Below are positions 17,735-28,697 of a stretch of DNA of 64,000 nt, piece by piece (position 1 is the first letter of the stretch; every line of letters starts with the position of its first letter). Position numbers and translations under genes: made by a program. The notes under the pieces were generated by a model. The model saw only the letters and a list, made by a program, of their open reading frames with translations, was not told the DNA's origin and ran no database searches. The DNA comes from Elusimicrobiota bacterium (GTDB lineage: Bacteria > Elusimicrobiota > Elusimicrobia > UBA1565 > UBA9628), in NCBI GenBank assembly GCA_023249675.1, contig JAHFCE010000006.1, positions 72,325 through 136,324 on the forward strand, read 5' to 3'.

Positions 17735-19933
17735 ATGAGCCACGCCGCGAAAATCGAAGGCGCCGCAGCGCCCCTGACGACCTACGTCCCCGACAACACC
17801 AAGATCCCCGAGTTTACGATCCAGGCCGTCATCCTGGGCTTCGTGCTCTCCATCGTCTTCAACGCGGCCAACGCCTACCTGGGCCTCAAGATCGGCTTGA
17901 CGATCTCGGCCTCGATCCCATCCGCGATCATCTCGATGGGCGTGCTGCGCATGGTCCTGCCTCGCCTCATCGGCCGCACCGGCACGGTCCTGGAAAACAT
18001 GGTCGTCCACTCGATCGCCTCGAACGGTGAGTCATTGGCGGCCGCGGTGATCTTCACGGTGCCCGCGTTGTTTTTCATGGGCCGCGAGGTCACGAACACG
18101 GAAGTCTTCCTGCTCGGAACGGCGGGCGGCGTGCTCGGCATGCTCATGATGATCCCCCTGCGCCACGCGCTCGTCGTCACCGAGCACGACAACCTGCCCT
18201 TTCCGGAAGGCACCGCCTGCGCCAAGGTCCTGATCGCGGGCGACAAGGGAGGTGCGAGCGCTGCACCCGTTTTCCTCGGCATTCTCTCCGGCGGCCTGTA
18301 CAAGTTCGCAATGTCGGGCCTGAATCTTTTCAAAGACGTCCTGTTCTGGTCCTCGCCCAAGTATCATCAAGCCGGTTTCGGCTACGAAGTCTCGCCTTTG
18401 CTCGTCGGCGTGGGCTACCTCGTCGGCCTGCGCATCGCGGCCGTCATGCTCGCCGGCGGCCTGCTCGGCTTCTGGGTCCTTATTCCGCTGATCCACGCCC
18501 TCGGCGGACACAATATCGTAGCGCCCGGAACCGTGCCGATCGATGAGATGAGCACGATGGCGCTGCGCGCCAACTACGTCAAGTACATCGGCGCCGGCGG
18601 CGTGGCCTTCGGCGGCCTCGTCAGCCTCCTTAAATCCCTGCCCGACATCGCGGGCTCGCTCAAGTCGAGCCTCGCGATGCTCGCAAAAGCCGCGGAGTCC
18701 AAACGCCTGGGCGGCCATGGGGAGAAGGACCGCGAGCATAAGGCCGTCGTATTCGGAGGCGCGGCGCTCGGCTTCCTCGTGGGCGCATTTGTCGGCGAGG
18801 CCGAGTTCTCCGTGACGCGCTTCGTCCTTCAGCTCGTGGTCGGCGGCGGCCTCGGCGCGCTTGCGGGCGGAACGCTGTTCCACTTCCTGTCGCACGCAGC
18901 GGCGAAGTACTCGAAAGCCTTCAAGCGTTCCGAACACGACCTGCCGCTGCCAGCGGTGGGCCTTGGCATCCTGTCCATGTTCCTGATGGTTTGGCTGACA
19001 CCGTCGTTCGGCCTCTCGTTCTGGGAGTCCGTCGCGGTCGTGGGATTCTGCTTTTTCTTCGTCGCAGTCTCAGCCCGCATGGTCGGCCTGATCGGCACGA
19101 CGAACCAGCCGGTCTCGGGCATGACGATCACGGCCCTCCTGGCTCTGACCATGCTCTTTCAGTTCCTCGGCCACAGCCCGGAGGGCATTAAGACCGCCGC
19201 GATCATGGGCGGGGCCATCGTCTGCATCGCCATCTCCCTGTCGGGAGATTTATCTCAAGACATGAAGACCGCCGTCCTCATCGGCGCGACGCCGTGGAAG
19301 ATCCAGTTGACCCACATCATGGGCACGCTCGTCTCCGCGGTGCGCTCGGGCTTCATTCTGCTGATCCTTTATAAGGCCTACGGCTTCGGGGCGCCGACGG
19401 CGGCGCATCCCCACGCGCTTGAGGCGCCGCAGGCCCAGCTGATGGCCAAACTCGTCGAGGGCGCGACCGGCGGCCAGCTGCCCTGGACGCTCCTGCTCAC
19501 TGGAGCGGGCATCGGCCTTGTGATGGAGCTATGCGGGCTCTCCGCGCTCGCCTTCGCGATCGGCCTGTACCTGCCGATCACGAACTGGCCGATGATCTTC
19601 CTGGGCGGCCTGCTCGCATGGTTCATCGCCAAGCGGCGCGGCGGCCAAAGCGAGGACGACCCCGGCTCGCTGTTCAGCTCGGGCCTCATCGCCGGCGAGG
19701 CGCTGATGGGCATCGGGCTTGCGGTGATCACCGTGATCATGAACACCTACGGCGGGCCTGAGAATCCGGCGGGAACTCTGCACTCGGTCGCCGACATGCT
19801 CGGCGGGCTGTCTCTACGCGTTCTGCCCGATGACAGCACGCTCAATGAGTCCGTGCTCGCGACCGCACTCTGCATGGGTGTCGTCTACATCTTGTGGCGC
19901 CAGGCGACCGCAAAGAAAAAGGCTCATGCGTAA
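17735..19933 (+). CDS. OPT-family oligopeptide transporter
   Basis: NAYLGLKIGLTISASIPSA, FPEGTACA, NQPVSGMTI, QDMKTAVLIGATPWK, APQAQLM, SSGLIAGEALMG; GGAGGGG RBS. Confidence 0.93.
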   Translation: MSHAAKIEGAAAPLTTYVPDNTKIPEFTIQAVILGFVLSIVFNAANAYLGLKIGLTISASIPSAIISMGVLRMVLPRLIGRTGTVLENMVVHSIASNGESLAAAVIFTVPALFFMGREVTNTEVFLLGTAGGVLGMLMMIPLRHALVVTEHDNLPFPEGTACAKVLIAGDKGGASAAPVFLGILSGGLYKFAMSGLNLFKDVLFWSSPKYHQAGFGYEVSPLLVGVGYLVGLRIAAVMLAGGLLGFWVLIPLIHALGGHNIVAPGTVPIDEMSTMALRANYVKYIGAGGVAFGGLVSLLKSLPDIAGSLKSSLAMLAKAAESKRLGGHGEKDREHKAVVFGGAALGFLVGAFVGEAEFSVTRFVLQLVVGGGLGALAGGTLFHFLSHAAAKYSKAFKRSEHDLPLPAVGLGILSMFLMVWLTPSFGLSFWESVAVVGFCFFFVAVSARMVGLIGTTNQPVSGMTITALLALTMLFQFLGHSPEGIKTAAIMGGAIVCIAISLSGDLSQDMKTAVLIGATPWKIQLTHIMGTLVSAVRSGFILLILYKAYGFGAPTAAHPHALEAPQAQLMAKLVEGATGGQLPWTLLLTGAGIGLVMELCGLSALAFAIGLYLPITNWPMIFLGGLLAWFIAKRRGGQSEDDPGSLFSSGLIAGEALMGIGLAVITVIMNTYGGPENPAGTLHSVADMLGGLSLRVLPDDSTLNESVLATALCMGVVYILWRQATAKKKAHA

Positions 19934-21653
19934 GCTCTTCGCCGCCACGGCGGCCGCGGCGGTCCTGGCGGCCCCCATCCGCGCGTCAAGCGACCCCGCG
20001 ACCCTCGACTACGCCCTCGCCGCCGATGTGGACACTCTCGATCCGCACTGGGGCTACGACGCTGTCTCGCTGTTCATCGTCGACCAGGTCTATGAGACCT
20101 TGATCGGCTTCAAGGGGGAATCCCTCGACGACTACGAGCCCCGCCTGGCGACCGTCGTCCCCTCGCTCGAAAACGGCTTCCTGTCGAAGGACGGTCTCAC
20201 CTACGCCTTCCCGCTGCGCCTGGGCGCGAAGTTCCACGATGGGTCGGCCCTATCGGCCGAAGACGTGAAGTACTCTCTCATGCGCTTCCTGCTGCTCGAC
20301 CGGGACGGCGGGCCGTCGAATCTTCTCCTCTACGGGCTGCTCGGCGTGCGCAAGACCGACGCTCTGCCTCCCGATCAGATTTTCGATCGAGCCGACAAAG
20401 CCGTCTCCATTGAAGGCGGCGCCTTGGTCCTGCGCCTGAAGAAACCCTTCGCGCCGCTCCTGGGCATCCTCGCCAACTTCGCCCATGTCGTGTCCAAGGG
20501 CTACGTGGAGGCCAACGGCGGCTGGGACGGACGCAAGGACAGCTGGGTCAAGCACCGCAACCCATCGAAAGAAGCCTCGTCTTTGTATGCTCGCGCCAAC
20601 GGCACCGGCCCGTTCCAGCTCGAGTCCTGGGACCGGGACAGGAAGAAAATAATTCTTGTCCGCAATGACTCGTACTGGCGCAAGCCGGCGGCGCTCTCCC
20701 GCGTCAACCTGACGATCATCGCGGACTCGCGCGAGCGGCGCCGCCGTCTCGCGGCGGGGGAGCTCGATGCCGCGTTCGTCGAGCGGCGCTACTTGGATCA
20801 GTTCGAGGGCCTGCCCGGCGTGGTCGCAACCGACGGCCTGCCCGCGCTCGAAGCGCAGAACACGTTCCTGTTCAACTTCAACATTGCGGCAAAGGACAAC
20901 GCCTGGCTCGGCACCGGCAAGCTCGGTGACGGCGTGCCCCCGGACTTCTTCGCCGACGAAGACGTGCGCAAGGCCTTCGCGTTCGCCTTCGACTACGACG
21001 CTTTCATAAAAGAAGGCTACCGCAGCAAGGCCGTCCAGGCGCATGGGCCGATCCCGGCGGCACTGTTCGGCTACAACCCGAAGCAGAAACCGTGGCCCTT
21101 CTCACCCTACCAAGCGGAAGCCGCGTTCAAGCGCGCCAAAAACGGCGACGTGTGGAGGCAGGGCTTCGCCCTGTCGATGCCGTATACCGAGGGCAACGCC
21201 GAGCGCCGCGTCGCCTGCCGCCTGATGAAGGAGGGCGTCGAAAAGCTCAATGCGAAGTTCCACGTCGACTGCCGGGCGCTTGCCGAGTCGCGCCTCCTCG
21301 ATGAGTTCCGCGCCCGGCGCCTGCCCGCGTTCGTCTACCGCTGGATTCTCGACTATCCGGATCCGCACAACGCCGTCGAGCCGTTTCTGCATTCTCACGG
21401 CTACTTCGCGTCCATGCTCGGCTACAGCAACCCGAGAGCCGACGCGATGATCGAGCAGGCTGCGGCCGAGGTCGATCCGGCCAAGAGGAAGGCGCTCTAC
21501 TACGAGCTGCAGGCACTCGCGATCTATGACGCGCCCGCGGTCTTCACGGCGGACAGCTGCAACATCGTCGTGCGCCGCGCGAAAGTACAAGGCTGGCTGT
21601 ATCACCCGATTAAACCCTACGGAAACCTGTACGAGGTCACTAAAATCCCATGA
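19926..21653 (+). CDS. Peptide ABC substrate-binding protein 1 (SBP family 5)
   Basis: Signal peptide; TLDPH, YETL, KFHDG, GTGPF, GVPPDFFADEDVRKAFA, DYPDPHN. Confidence 0.92.
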   Translation: MRKLFAATAAAAVLAAPIRASSDPATLDYALAADVDTLDPHWGYDAVSLFIVDQVYETLIGFKGESLDDYEPRLATVVPSLENGFLSKDGLTYAFPLRLGAKFHDGSALSAEDVKYSLMRFLLLDRDGGPSNLLLYGLLGVRKTDALPPDQIFDRADKAVSIEGGALVLRLKKPFAPLLGILANFAHVVSKGYVEANGGWDGRKDSWVKHRNPSKEASSLYARANGTGPFQLESWDRDRKKIILVRNDSYWRKPAALSRVNLTIIADSRERRRRLAAGELDAAFVERRYLDQFEGLPGVVATDGLPALEAQNTFLFNFNIAAKDNAWLGTGKLGDGVPPDFFADEDVRKAFAFAFDYDAFIKEGYRSKAVQAHGPIPAALFGYNPKQKPWPFSPYQAEAAFKRAKNGDVWRQGFALSMPYTEGNAERRVACRLMKEGVEKLNAKFHVDCRALAESRLLDEFRARRLPAFVYRWILDYPDPHNAVEPFLHSHGYFASMLGYSNPRADAMIEQAAAEVDPAKRKALYYELQALAIYDAPAVFTADSCNIVVRRAKVQGWLYHPIKPYGNLYEVTKIP

Positions 21654-23416
21654 GAACTCTCCGCGCCGCCCTATCCTGCGTTCTGGCTCTCACGCCCGCG
21701 GCGTTCGCCGCGGAAACGATCAAGAATCCCGACACGTTCGTGTACGCCACGATCGGCGATCCCGACAGCCTCGACCCCATCTGGTCGTACGACACGGCAA
21801 GCCACAACATCATCGCCAACATCTATGAGTTCCTGCTCGCGTACAAAGGCAGCGGCTTATCGGTGAAGGACCTGGTGCCGATGATCGCCGGGAAAGTGCC
21901 GTCGAAGGCGAACGGCCTCGTGTCCGCGGACGGCCTGACCTACCGCTTTCCGATCCGCAAGGGCGTTAAATTTCATGATGGAACGATCCTGACGCCCGAG
22001 GACGCGCGCTACTCCATTCTGCGCTTCCTGCTGGTGGATCGCGACGGCGGGCCCGCCTCGCTGCTGCTCGAGCCGATTTTGGGCGTCAACAGCACGCGCA
22101 AGAACGGCAAGTTCGACCCGGAAATCGGAGGTCGCGCGTTTGCGGCCGTGACGGTCGACAAGGGTGACCTCGTGATCAAGCTCGCCCGGCCCTTCGCGCC
22201 GTTCCTGACGATCCTGGCGAACTTCGGCGCGATGACATCGAAGGACTTCTGCGTGAAGAACGGTCAGTGGGACGGGCAGGCCGCGACGCTCGAGGCCTTC
22301 AACAACCCCCGGCGCGAAGCGATGATCCCCAATGAGAAGGCCGACGGCACCGGCGCCTTCAAACTTGAGCGCTTGGACAAGGCGAACAAGCAGGTGATCC
22401 TCCTGCGCCACGAGGGCTACTGGCGCGCACCCGCGAAGCTGCGCCAAGTCGTCATCAAGGTCGTCGACGACTTCAACACGCGCAAGCTCATGCTCCAGGC
22501 CGGCGACGCCGACGCGGTGTACGGGCCACAAATGTACTTCCCGCAGCTGCAGGGCGTGCCGGGCGCGGAAGTCATCGATGGCCTGCAGAACCTCGAGCGC
22601 TCGTCGATTCTGATGTTCACGTTCAAGATGAACCCGACCGCGAACCAGAATATCGGCTCCGGAAAACTCGACGGGCAGGGCGTGCCTCCCGACTTCTTTT
22701 CCGACAAGGACGTACGCAAGGCGTTCGCGTACAGCGTGGACTACGACTCGTACATCAGGGACATCCTCAGGGGGAAGGGTCGCCGGACGTCCGGCGTGAT
22801 CCCCGCGTCCCTGCCCGGCGGCTCGGAGCCGCGGCCCCAGTTCAAACTCGATCCAAAGAAGGCGGAGGAGCACTTCCGCAAGGCCTGGGGAGGCCAAGTC
22901 TGGGAAAAGGGGTTCAAGGTTTCCTTCGTGTTCAACGCGGGCTCGGCCCCATCGCAGACGATCGCGCAGATGATCAAGAAAAATATCGAAGCGCTGAACC
23001 CGAAGTTTCGTGTGGACCTGCGCATGATCCAGTGGTCCACATACCTTGAGCAGACGCAGGCCAACAAGATTCCAGTGTTCCTCGCCGCGTGGCAGGCAGA
23101 CTATCCCGATGCCCACAATTTCGCGTTTCCGATCGTCCATTCCGAAGGCTACTACGCGGGCAAGCAAGGCTACAAGAACCCGAAGGTGGATGCGCTGATC
23201 GACGAAGCTTCACGGACGCAGGATGAACGCACCCGCTCATCCCTCTACAAACGAATGCAATCTCTCGTTGATGAGGACGTGCCGCATGTGATGCTCGCCG
23301 AAGGCGTGCGCTACCGCGCGCAGAGGACCTGGGTGAAGGGCTTCGTCTTCCGGCCGACGTTTCCGGACATGCCCTACGGCGGGTACTATTACGACCTATA
23401 TAAGGCCGTAAAATGA
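21650..23416 (+). CDS. Peptide ABC substrate-binding protein 2 (SBP family 5)
   Basis: Signal peptide; SLDPIWSYDTAS, KFHDG, GSGKLDGQGVPPDFFSDKDVRKAFA, DYPDAHNF. Confidence 0.93.
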   Translation: MRTLRAALSCVLALTPAAFAAETIKNPDTFVYATIGDPDSLDPIWSYDTASHNIIANIYEFLLAYKGSGLSVKDLVPMIAGKVPSKANGLVSADGLTYRFPIRKGVKFHDGTILTPEDARYSILRFLLVDRDGGPASLLLEPILGVNSTRKNGKFDPEIGGRAFAAVTVDKGDLVIKLARPFAPFLTILANFGAMTSKDFCVKNGQWDGQAATLEAFNNPRREAMIPNEKADGTGAFKLERLDKANKQVILLRHEGYWRAPAKLRQVVIKVVDDFNTRKLMLQAGDADAVYGPQMYFPQLQGVPGAEVIDGLQNLERSSILMFTFKMNPTANQNIGSGKLDGQGVPPDFFSDKDVRKAFAYSVDYDSYIRDILRGKGRRTSGVIPASLPGGSEPRPQFKLDPKKAEEHFRKAWGGQVWEKGFKVSFVFNAGSAPSQTIAQMIKKNIEALNPKFRVDLRMIQWSTYLEQTQANKIPVFLAAWQADYPDAHNFAFPIVHSEGYYAGKQGYKNPKVDALIDEASRTQDERTRSSLYKRMQSLVDEDVPHVMLAEGVRYRAQRTWVKGFVFRPTFPDMPYGGYYYDLYKAVK

Positions 23417-23433
23417 GTGCTAGAATACGGCCC

Positions 23434-25194
23434 ATGCTCAGACCGATCCTCGTCGTCGCGCTTGCCCTCGGGGCCCTTTCCTCAACGGCGCTCGCCGCTC
23501 TCCCGGTCAAGAACCCGGACGCCTACACCTACCTCACGATCTCCGACGCCGACAGCCTCGATCCGGCCTATTCGTACGACACGGCCTCGCACATGGTGAT
23601 CTTAAACGTGTACGAACCCCTGTTCCAGTTCGATCGGGGCTCGACCGAGAAACTGATCCCGCTGATCGCCGAGAAGGTGCCAAGCCGCGAGAACGGCCTG
23701 ATCTCCGCGGACGGCCGGACGTACACGATTCCGGTCCGCAAGGGCGTCAAGTTCCACGACGGCACGCCGATGACGGTTGAGGACGTGAAGTGGTCTTTGC
23801 TGCGCTTCCTGCTTCTGGACCGCGCCGCGGGCCCCTCCTCGCTGCTGCTCGAGCCGCTGCTCGGCTACGCCTCCACGCGCGGCGAGGACGGCAAGATCCT
23901 GCCCAACGTCTGGCAGGATGCGAATAAGGCGGTCAGCACGCAGGGCGACAAGCTCATTGTCCGCTTGCCGCGGCCCTATGCCCCTATACTGACTATCCTC
24001 GCATCTTGGTCACCTGTGCTCTCTAAATCCTGGGCTGTTAAAAACGGGGATTGGGACGGCACCGAGGCGACGTGGCAGAAGTACAACAATCCGAGCAAGG
24101 AGACCTCGCCCTTCTTCGAGCGCGCCAACGGCACGGGCCCATTCAAGCTCGAGCGCTGGGACCGCAAGACGAAGGAATTCATCCTGACGCGCAACGACCA
24201 ATATTGGCGCGCGCCGGCGAAGATCAAGAACGTGGTCATCAAGGGCGTCAACGAGTTCGGCACGCGCAAGCTGATGCTCCAAGCCGGCGACGCGGACGCG
24301 ATCTACGCCGACCGCCCGCTGCTCACCCAACTCCAGGGCATCCCCGGCGTGGCGATCATCGACGACCTGCCGACGCTTGAGATGAACCCGGTCGTGTTCT
24401 TCACATACCGGATCAACGCGATCGGCAACTCCTTCCTGGGAAGCGGCCAGCTCGACGGCAACGGCATCCCGGCGGACTTCTTCTCCGACAAGGACGTGCG
24501 CAAGGCTTTCGCCTACTCGTTCGACTACAAGGGCTTCATCAACGACGTGATGCGCGGCAAAGGCACGCAGGCGACGGGCGCGATCCCGAAAAGCCTGCCC
24601 GGCCACAACCCGAACGGACGCAAGTACGCTCTCGACAAGAAGAAGGCCGAGGAGCACTTCCGCAAAGCCTGGGGCGGCAAGCTCTGGGAGCAGGGTTTTA
24701 AGTTCACGATGACCTTCAACTCCGGCAACCTGCCGCGCCAGACTGTGTGCCAAATTCTGAAGCGCAACATCGAGGGCTTAAACCCGAAGTTCAAGATCGA
24801 CGTGCGCGCGGTGGAATGGCCGACCTTCCTCGATGCCTACAAGTCGTCGAAGCTCCCGATCTTCGTGATGGGCTGGAACGCGGACTACCCCGACCCGCAC
24901 AACTTCGCGTTTCCGCTCCTGCACTCGAAGGGAGACTACCCCACGACGCAGAAATTCAAGAACCCGGAGTTCGACCGCCTTGTTGAGGAGGGCAACGCGC
25001 AGACCAACCTCGCCAAGCGCAAGACGATTTACGCGAAGCTCCAAGACCTCGCGTTCGAGGAGGCGCCGCAGCTGTACATCGTCGACGCGGTGCGCTACCG
25101 CACGCAGCGGGATTGGGTGAAGGGCTGGTTCCACAATCCGATCTTCCCCGATTCACCGTACGGCAGCTACTTCTACACGATCTCCAAGGAATAG
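23434..25194 (+). CDS. Peptide ABC substrate-binding protein 3 (SBP family 5)
   Basis: Signal peptide; SLDPAYSYDTAS, KFHDG, GSGQLDGNGIPADFFSDKDVRKAFA; start 23434 (7 nt after TGcTAGAAT) or 23413. Confidence 0.93.
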   Translation: MLRPILVVALALGALSSTALAALPVKNPDAYTYLTISDADSLDPAYSYDTASHMVILNVYEPLFQFDRGSTEKLIPLIAEKVPSRENGLISADGRTYTIPVRKGVKFHDGTPMTVEDVKWSLLRFLLLDRAAGPSSLLLEPLLGYASTRGEDGKILPNVWQDANKAVSTQGDKLIVRLPRPYAPILTILASWSPVLSKSWAVKNGDWDGTEATWQKYNNPSKETSPFFERANGTGPFKLERWDRKTKEFILTRNDQYWRAPAKIKNVVIKGVNEFGTRKLMLQAGDADAIYADRPLLTQLQGIPGVAIIDDLPTLEMNPVVFFTYRINAIGNSFLGSGQLDGNGIPADFFSDKDVRKAFAYSFDYKGFINDVMRGKGTQATGAIPKSLPGHNPNGRKYALDKKKAEEHFRKAWGGKLWEQGFKFTMTFNSGNLPRQTVCQILKRNIEGLNPKFKIDVRAVEWPTFLDAYKSSKLPIFVMGWNADYPDPHNFAFPLLHSKGDYPTTQKFKNPEFDRLVEEGNAQTNLAKRKTIYAKLQDLAFEEAPQLYIVDAVRYRTQRDWVKGWFHNPIFPDSPYGSYFYTISKE

Positions 25195-25195
25195 C

Positions 25196-26224
25196 ATGCT
25201 GAAGTTCTGCCTGAAGCGCCTCGCCTTCCTGCCGCTCGTGATGTTCGGCGTGACCTTCCTGCTGTTCTTCTGCCTGCAGTTCCTGTCGCCCGAGATGCGC
25301 GCGTCGCTCTACATCAAGGATCCGCGCCAGCTCTCCCAGCTCGAGGCGGTGATCGAGAAGTACGGCCTGCGCAAACCCATGCCCGTGCAATACGCGATCT
25401 GGCTCAAGCAGGTCGTGCGCGGCGACCTCGGCTACTCCGAGACGGCAAAGATGCCGGTGGCTGAGGCGATCCGGGCGTTCTTCCCGGCGACATTCGAGCT
25501 GACCTTGCTCACGTTCTTTCCGATCCTGATCGTCGGCGTCTTCTTCGGCGTGCTGTCGGCCGTTTACAAGGACCGCCTGGTCGATCACATCACGCGCTTC
25601 GTCGCGATCACCGGCTACTCCCTGCCGAGTTTCGTCCTGGGCCTCGTGCTCCTGATGGTGTTCTATGGGCGCCTGCACTGGTTTCCGCCCGGACGCTACA
25701 CGCTCGAGACGGACATGCTCGTGCACCTGGACTCCTTCCGACACTACACGGGCCTGCTCACGCTCGACTGCCTGCTCAACCGCGAGGGCGGGGCATTCGT
25801 CGACGTGGTCAAGCACATGATCCTGCCCGCCTGCACCTTGCTCTACATCTCGGTCGCACTCCTGCTGCGCATCACGCGTTCCTCCATGCTCGAGGAGCTG
25901 TCGAAGGACTATGTCCGTACCGCGCGCGCCAAAGGCCTGCCGGAGCGCGTCGTCATCCGCAAACACGCGCTCGCCAACGCGCTGATTCCGGTCGTCACGC
26001 TCTCAAGCCTCCTGTTCATCGGCCTGCTCGGCGGCGTGGTCATCACCGAGACTGTCTTCGACTTTCCGGGGATCGGCCGCTGGGGCGTGCAGGCCGCGCA
26101 GCAGCTCGATGTGCCCGGCGTGCTGGGCTCAACGATGCTCGCCGCGTTCCTGTTCGTGATGGCCAACCTGATTTCGGACATGCTCTACGCCGTCGTCGAT
26201 CCCCGCATCCGGGTGGGCGGCTGA
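25196..26224 (+). CDS. oppB: Peptide ABC permease (OppB/DppB)
   Basis: GDLGYS, FPATFEL, RSSMLEELSKDYVRTARAKGL, HALANA, ETVFDFPGIG, DPRIR. Confidence 0.95.
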   Translation: MLKFCLKRLAFLPLVMFGVTFLLFFCLQFLSPEMRASLYIKDPRQLSQLEAVIEKYGLRKPMPVQYAIWLKQVVRGDLGYSETAKMPVAEAIRAFFPATFELTLLTFFPILIVGVFFGVLSAVYKDRLVDHITRFVAITGYSLPSFVLGLVLLMVFYGRLHWFPPGRYTLETDMLVHLDSFRHYTGLLTLDCLLNREGGAFVDVVKHMILPACTLLYISVALLLRITRSSMLEELSKDYVRTARAKGLPERVVIRKHALANALIPVVTLSSLLFIGLLGGVVITETVFDFPGIGRWGVQAAQQLDVPGVLGSTMLAAFLFVMANLISDMLYAVVDPRIRVGG

Positions 26225-26225
26225 G

Positions 26226-27107
26226 ATGCCGCGCCTGAAGCGCGCGTGGAAGACGGTCAAACGGCGTCCGATGTCCTTGCTCGGCGTAGCTCTCATCGGA
26301 TTCTTCCTCGCGGTTGCAGTCCTCGCCCCCGTCCTGGCCCCGCCCGAAGCCGGCACGCGCGACGCGTATATCATCCCGCAAACCGGCTACAGTCCGGACC
26401 CGGTGCGCCCATCGAAGGAGCACCGGTTCGGCACCACCGAGCAGCAGTACGACCTCTACTACGGCATGGTCTGGGGCACGCGCACGGCCTTCAAGGTCGC
26501 TCTCAAAGTCGTCGGCTTCTCCGTGATCATCGGCGTGCTCCTGGGAGGCGCGGCCGGCTTCTACGGCGGCTGGGTGGACGAGTGCCTCATGCGCTTCACC
26601 GACGTCGTGCTCGCTTTCCCGGACCTCGTGTTGGCCGTCGTGATCGTCGCGATCATGGGGCCGAGCCTCGAGCACGTGATGTACTCCGTGATGGCCGTGT
26701 CCTGGCCGTCTTACGCCCGCCTCATGCGCGGCGACGTGATGTCCGTCAAGGAGAGGGACTTCGTCGCCGCCGCGCGCGCTCTCGGCGCTTCGGATGCGCG
26801 CATCCTGTTCCGGCACATCATCCCGAACTCGATCTATCCGGTGCTCGTCGTCGCGTCATTGTCCACGGGCTCGGTTGTGATCACAGCGGCCGCACTGTCC
26901 TTCCTCGGCCTCGGCGCGCCGGTCGGCTACGCGGACTGGGGCCAATTGATTTCTCTTTCTAGGAACTGGATCCTGGGGTCGTCGGGAAATCCTTTCGAAT
27001 ACTGGCACACCGTCTTCATCCCGGGCATCGCGATCTTCCTGTTCGTGCTCGGCTGGAACCTCCTCGGCGACGCCGTCCGCGACATCCTAGATCCGCGCCA
27101 GAAATAA
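26226..27107 (+). CDS. oppC: Peptide ABC permease (OppC/DppC)
   Basis: HRFGT, LMRFTDVVLAFP, FVAAARALGAS, LSFLGLG, NLLGDAVRDILDP. Confidence 0.95.
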   Translation: MPRLKRAWKTVKRRPMSLLGVALIGFFLAVAVLAPVLAPPEAGTRDAYIIPQTGYSPDPVRPSKEHRFGTTEQQYDLYYGMVWGTRTAFKVALKVVGFSVIIGVLLGGAAGFYGGWVDECLMRFTDVVLAFPDLVLAVVIVAIMGPSLEHVMYSVMAVSWPSYARLMRGDVMSVKERDFVAAARALGASDARILFRHIIPNSIYPVLVVASLSTGSVVITAAALSFLGLGAPVGYADWGQLISLSRNWILGSSGNPFEYWHTVFIPGIAIFLFVLGWNLLGDAVRDILDPRQK

Positions 27108-27113
27108 CGCGCC

Positions 27114-28697
27114 ATGCCCACACTCAACGCCCTCCTTGACCGTTCCGCGCAGGAAGGCGGGGGGAAGACCGCCTTGGTGTTTGGCGAGCGCACAGTCTCT
27201 TTTTTCGAACTGCGCCGGGAAGTTCTCGAGGTCGCCGCGGGCCTGCGCCGCGCGGGCGTGGCCAAAGGCGACCGGGTCGCGATCGTCCATCGCAACGCTC
27301 CCGAGTTCGTGGTCGCTTATTTCGCCGCCAGCCGCCTGGGCGCGATCGCCGTGCCGATCAATTTCATGGTGTCAAAGGCCGACGAGCTCGCCTACATGCT
27401 CGGCGACTGCGGCGCGAAGGGTGTGATCACGCAAAGCGACTTCCTGCCCGGCCTGACGGCGGCTGCGGCCAAATGCCCCGCGCTCACGGTCCTCTGGGTC
27501 ACCGACTTGGCGGGGCCTTCCCTCTCCCCTTTGATCCAACCGTTCTCGGAACTGCGCGCGGCCTCCTTGCCCGACGCGGCCGCCGACGCCGCGCTCGACA
27601 GCGACGTCGCCGCGATCCTCTACACCTCGGGCACGACGGGTTTCCCGAAAGGGGTCATGCTCACGCACCGCAACCTCGTGACGAATTGCGAGGCCTGCCT
27701 GCGCCGCATGACTTTGGACCGCGGCGACGTCGCACTCTGCATCCTGCCCATGTTCCACAGCTTCGCCTGGACGGCGATCGTGCTCGCCTCGCTGCGCCTC
27801 ACACTCACCTGCGTCGTCTTCGCGGCGATCGCGCCCGCCAAGCCGTGGCTCAAGGCCATGGGCAGGCACGGCGTGAGCCTGTTCGCGGCAGTGCCGCAGG
27901 TGTATGCAGCGCTCGCGCGCGAGGCGAAAAACTGGAAACCGTGGCTTTTCCTGCGCTTCTGGGCGTTCCGCCGGGTCAAGAACGCGATCTCGGGCGCAGC
28001 ACCCCTAGCGCCGGTGGTCGCCGAGGGCTTCCGCGCGGCCGTCGGCGTCTCGATCGTCGAGGGCTGGGGCCTCACCGAGACGAGCCCCGCGGTCACGGTT
28101 AACCCGCCTGGCGCGGTGCGTTTCGGCTCCGTCGGGACCGCGATCTCGGGCGTGGAGGTGCGCATCGTCGACGATCTTGAAAAGACGGCGCCGCTCGGCG
28201 CCGAGGGCGAGGTCGTCGTCAGGGGCGACTGCGTCATGAAAGGTTATTGGAACCGGCCCGAGGACACGCGTGCGACTTTCACCGCCGACGGCTGGCTCAA
28301 GACCGGCGACATCGGCGTCTTGGACGCCGACGGCTACCTCTGCATCCGCGACCGCAAGAAGGACATGATCATCGTCAAGGGCCTCAAGGTATTCTCCGCG
28401 CAGGTCGAGGCCGTCATCGCCGAAAACCCCGCCGTCGAGGAAAACGCCGTCATCGGCGTGCCCGACGAAGTCGGCGACGAGGTCATCAAGGCCTTCGTCG
28501 TGCTCAAGAAAGGCTGCGTTCTCGAAAAGTCAGCTTTGATCCAGTACTTCAAAGAACGCCTCGACGCGTACAAGCGCCCGCGCGATGTCGAGATCGTGGA
28601 CTCCTTGCCCAAGAACGCGCTGCAGAAAGTCCTCAAGCGCGAGCTGCGCGAACGCGAGCTCAAGAAGCGAGCGGCGGCGCCCGCCGCCAAGGCCTGA
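27114..28697 (+). CDS. Long-chain acyl-CoA synthetase (AMP-binding)
   Basis: YTSGTTGFPKG, PMFH, EGWGLTETSP, WLKTGDIG, DRKKDMII, LPKNALQKVLK. Confidence 0.92.
   Translation: MPTLNALLDRSAQEGGGKTALVFGERTVSFFELRREVLEVAAGLRRAGVAKGDRVAIVHRNAPEFVVAYFAASRLGAIAVPINFMVSKADELAYMLGDCGAKGVITQSDFLPGLTAAAAKCPALTVLWVTDLAGPSLSPLIQPFSELRAASLPDAAADAALDSDVAAILYTSGTTGFPKGVMLTHRNLVTNCEACLRRMTLDRGDVALCILPMFHSFAWTAIVLASLRLTLTCVVFAAIAPAKPWLKAMGRHGVSLFAAVPQVYAALAREAKNWKPWLFLRFWAFRRVKNAISGAAPLAPVVAEGFRAAVGVSIVEGWGLTETSPAVTVNPPGAVRFGSVGTAISGVEVRIVDDLEKTAPLGAEGEVVVRGDCVMKGYWNRPEDTRATFTADGWLKTGDIGVLDADGYLCIRDRKKDMIIVKGLKVFSAQVEAVIAENPAVEENAVIGVPDEVGDEVIKAFVVLKKGCVLEKSALIQYFKERLDAYKRPRDVEIVDSLPKNALQKVLKRELRERELKKRAAAPAAKA

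Noticed and set aside
28247..28696. N-terminal extensions in the ORF track (also 15395, 16564, 17666, 19830, 31571, 32860, 38800, 57854)
   Set aside because: They overlap upstream genes; internal starts with stop/start coupling or RBS fit the family N-termini better
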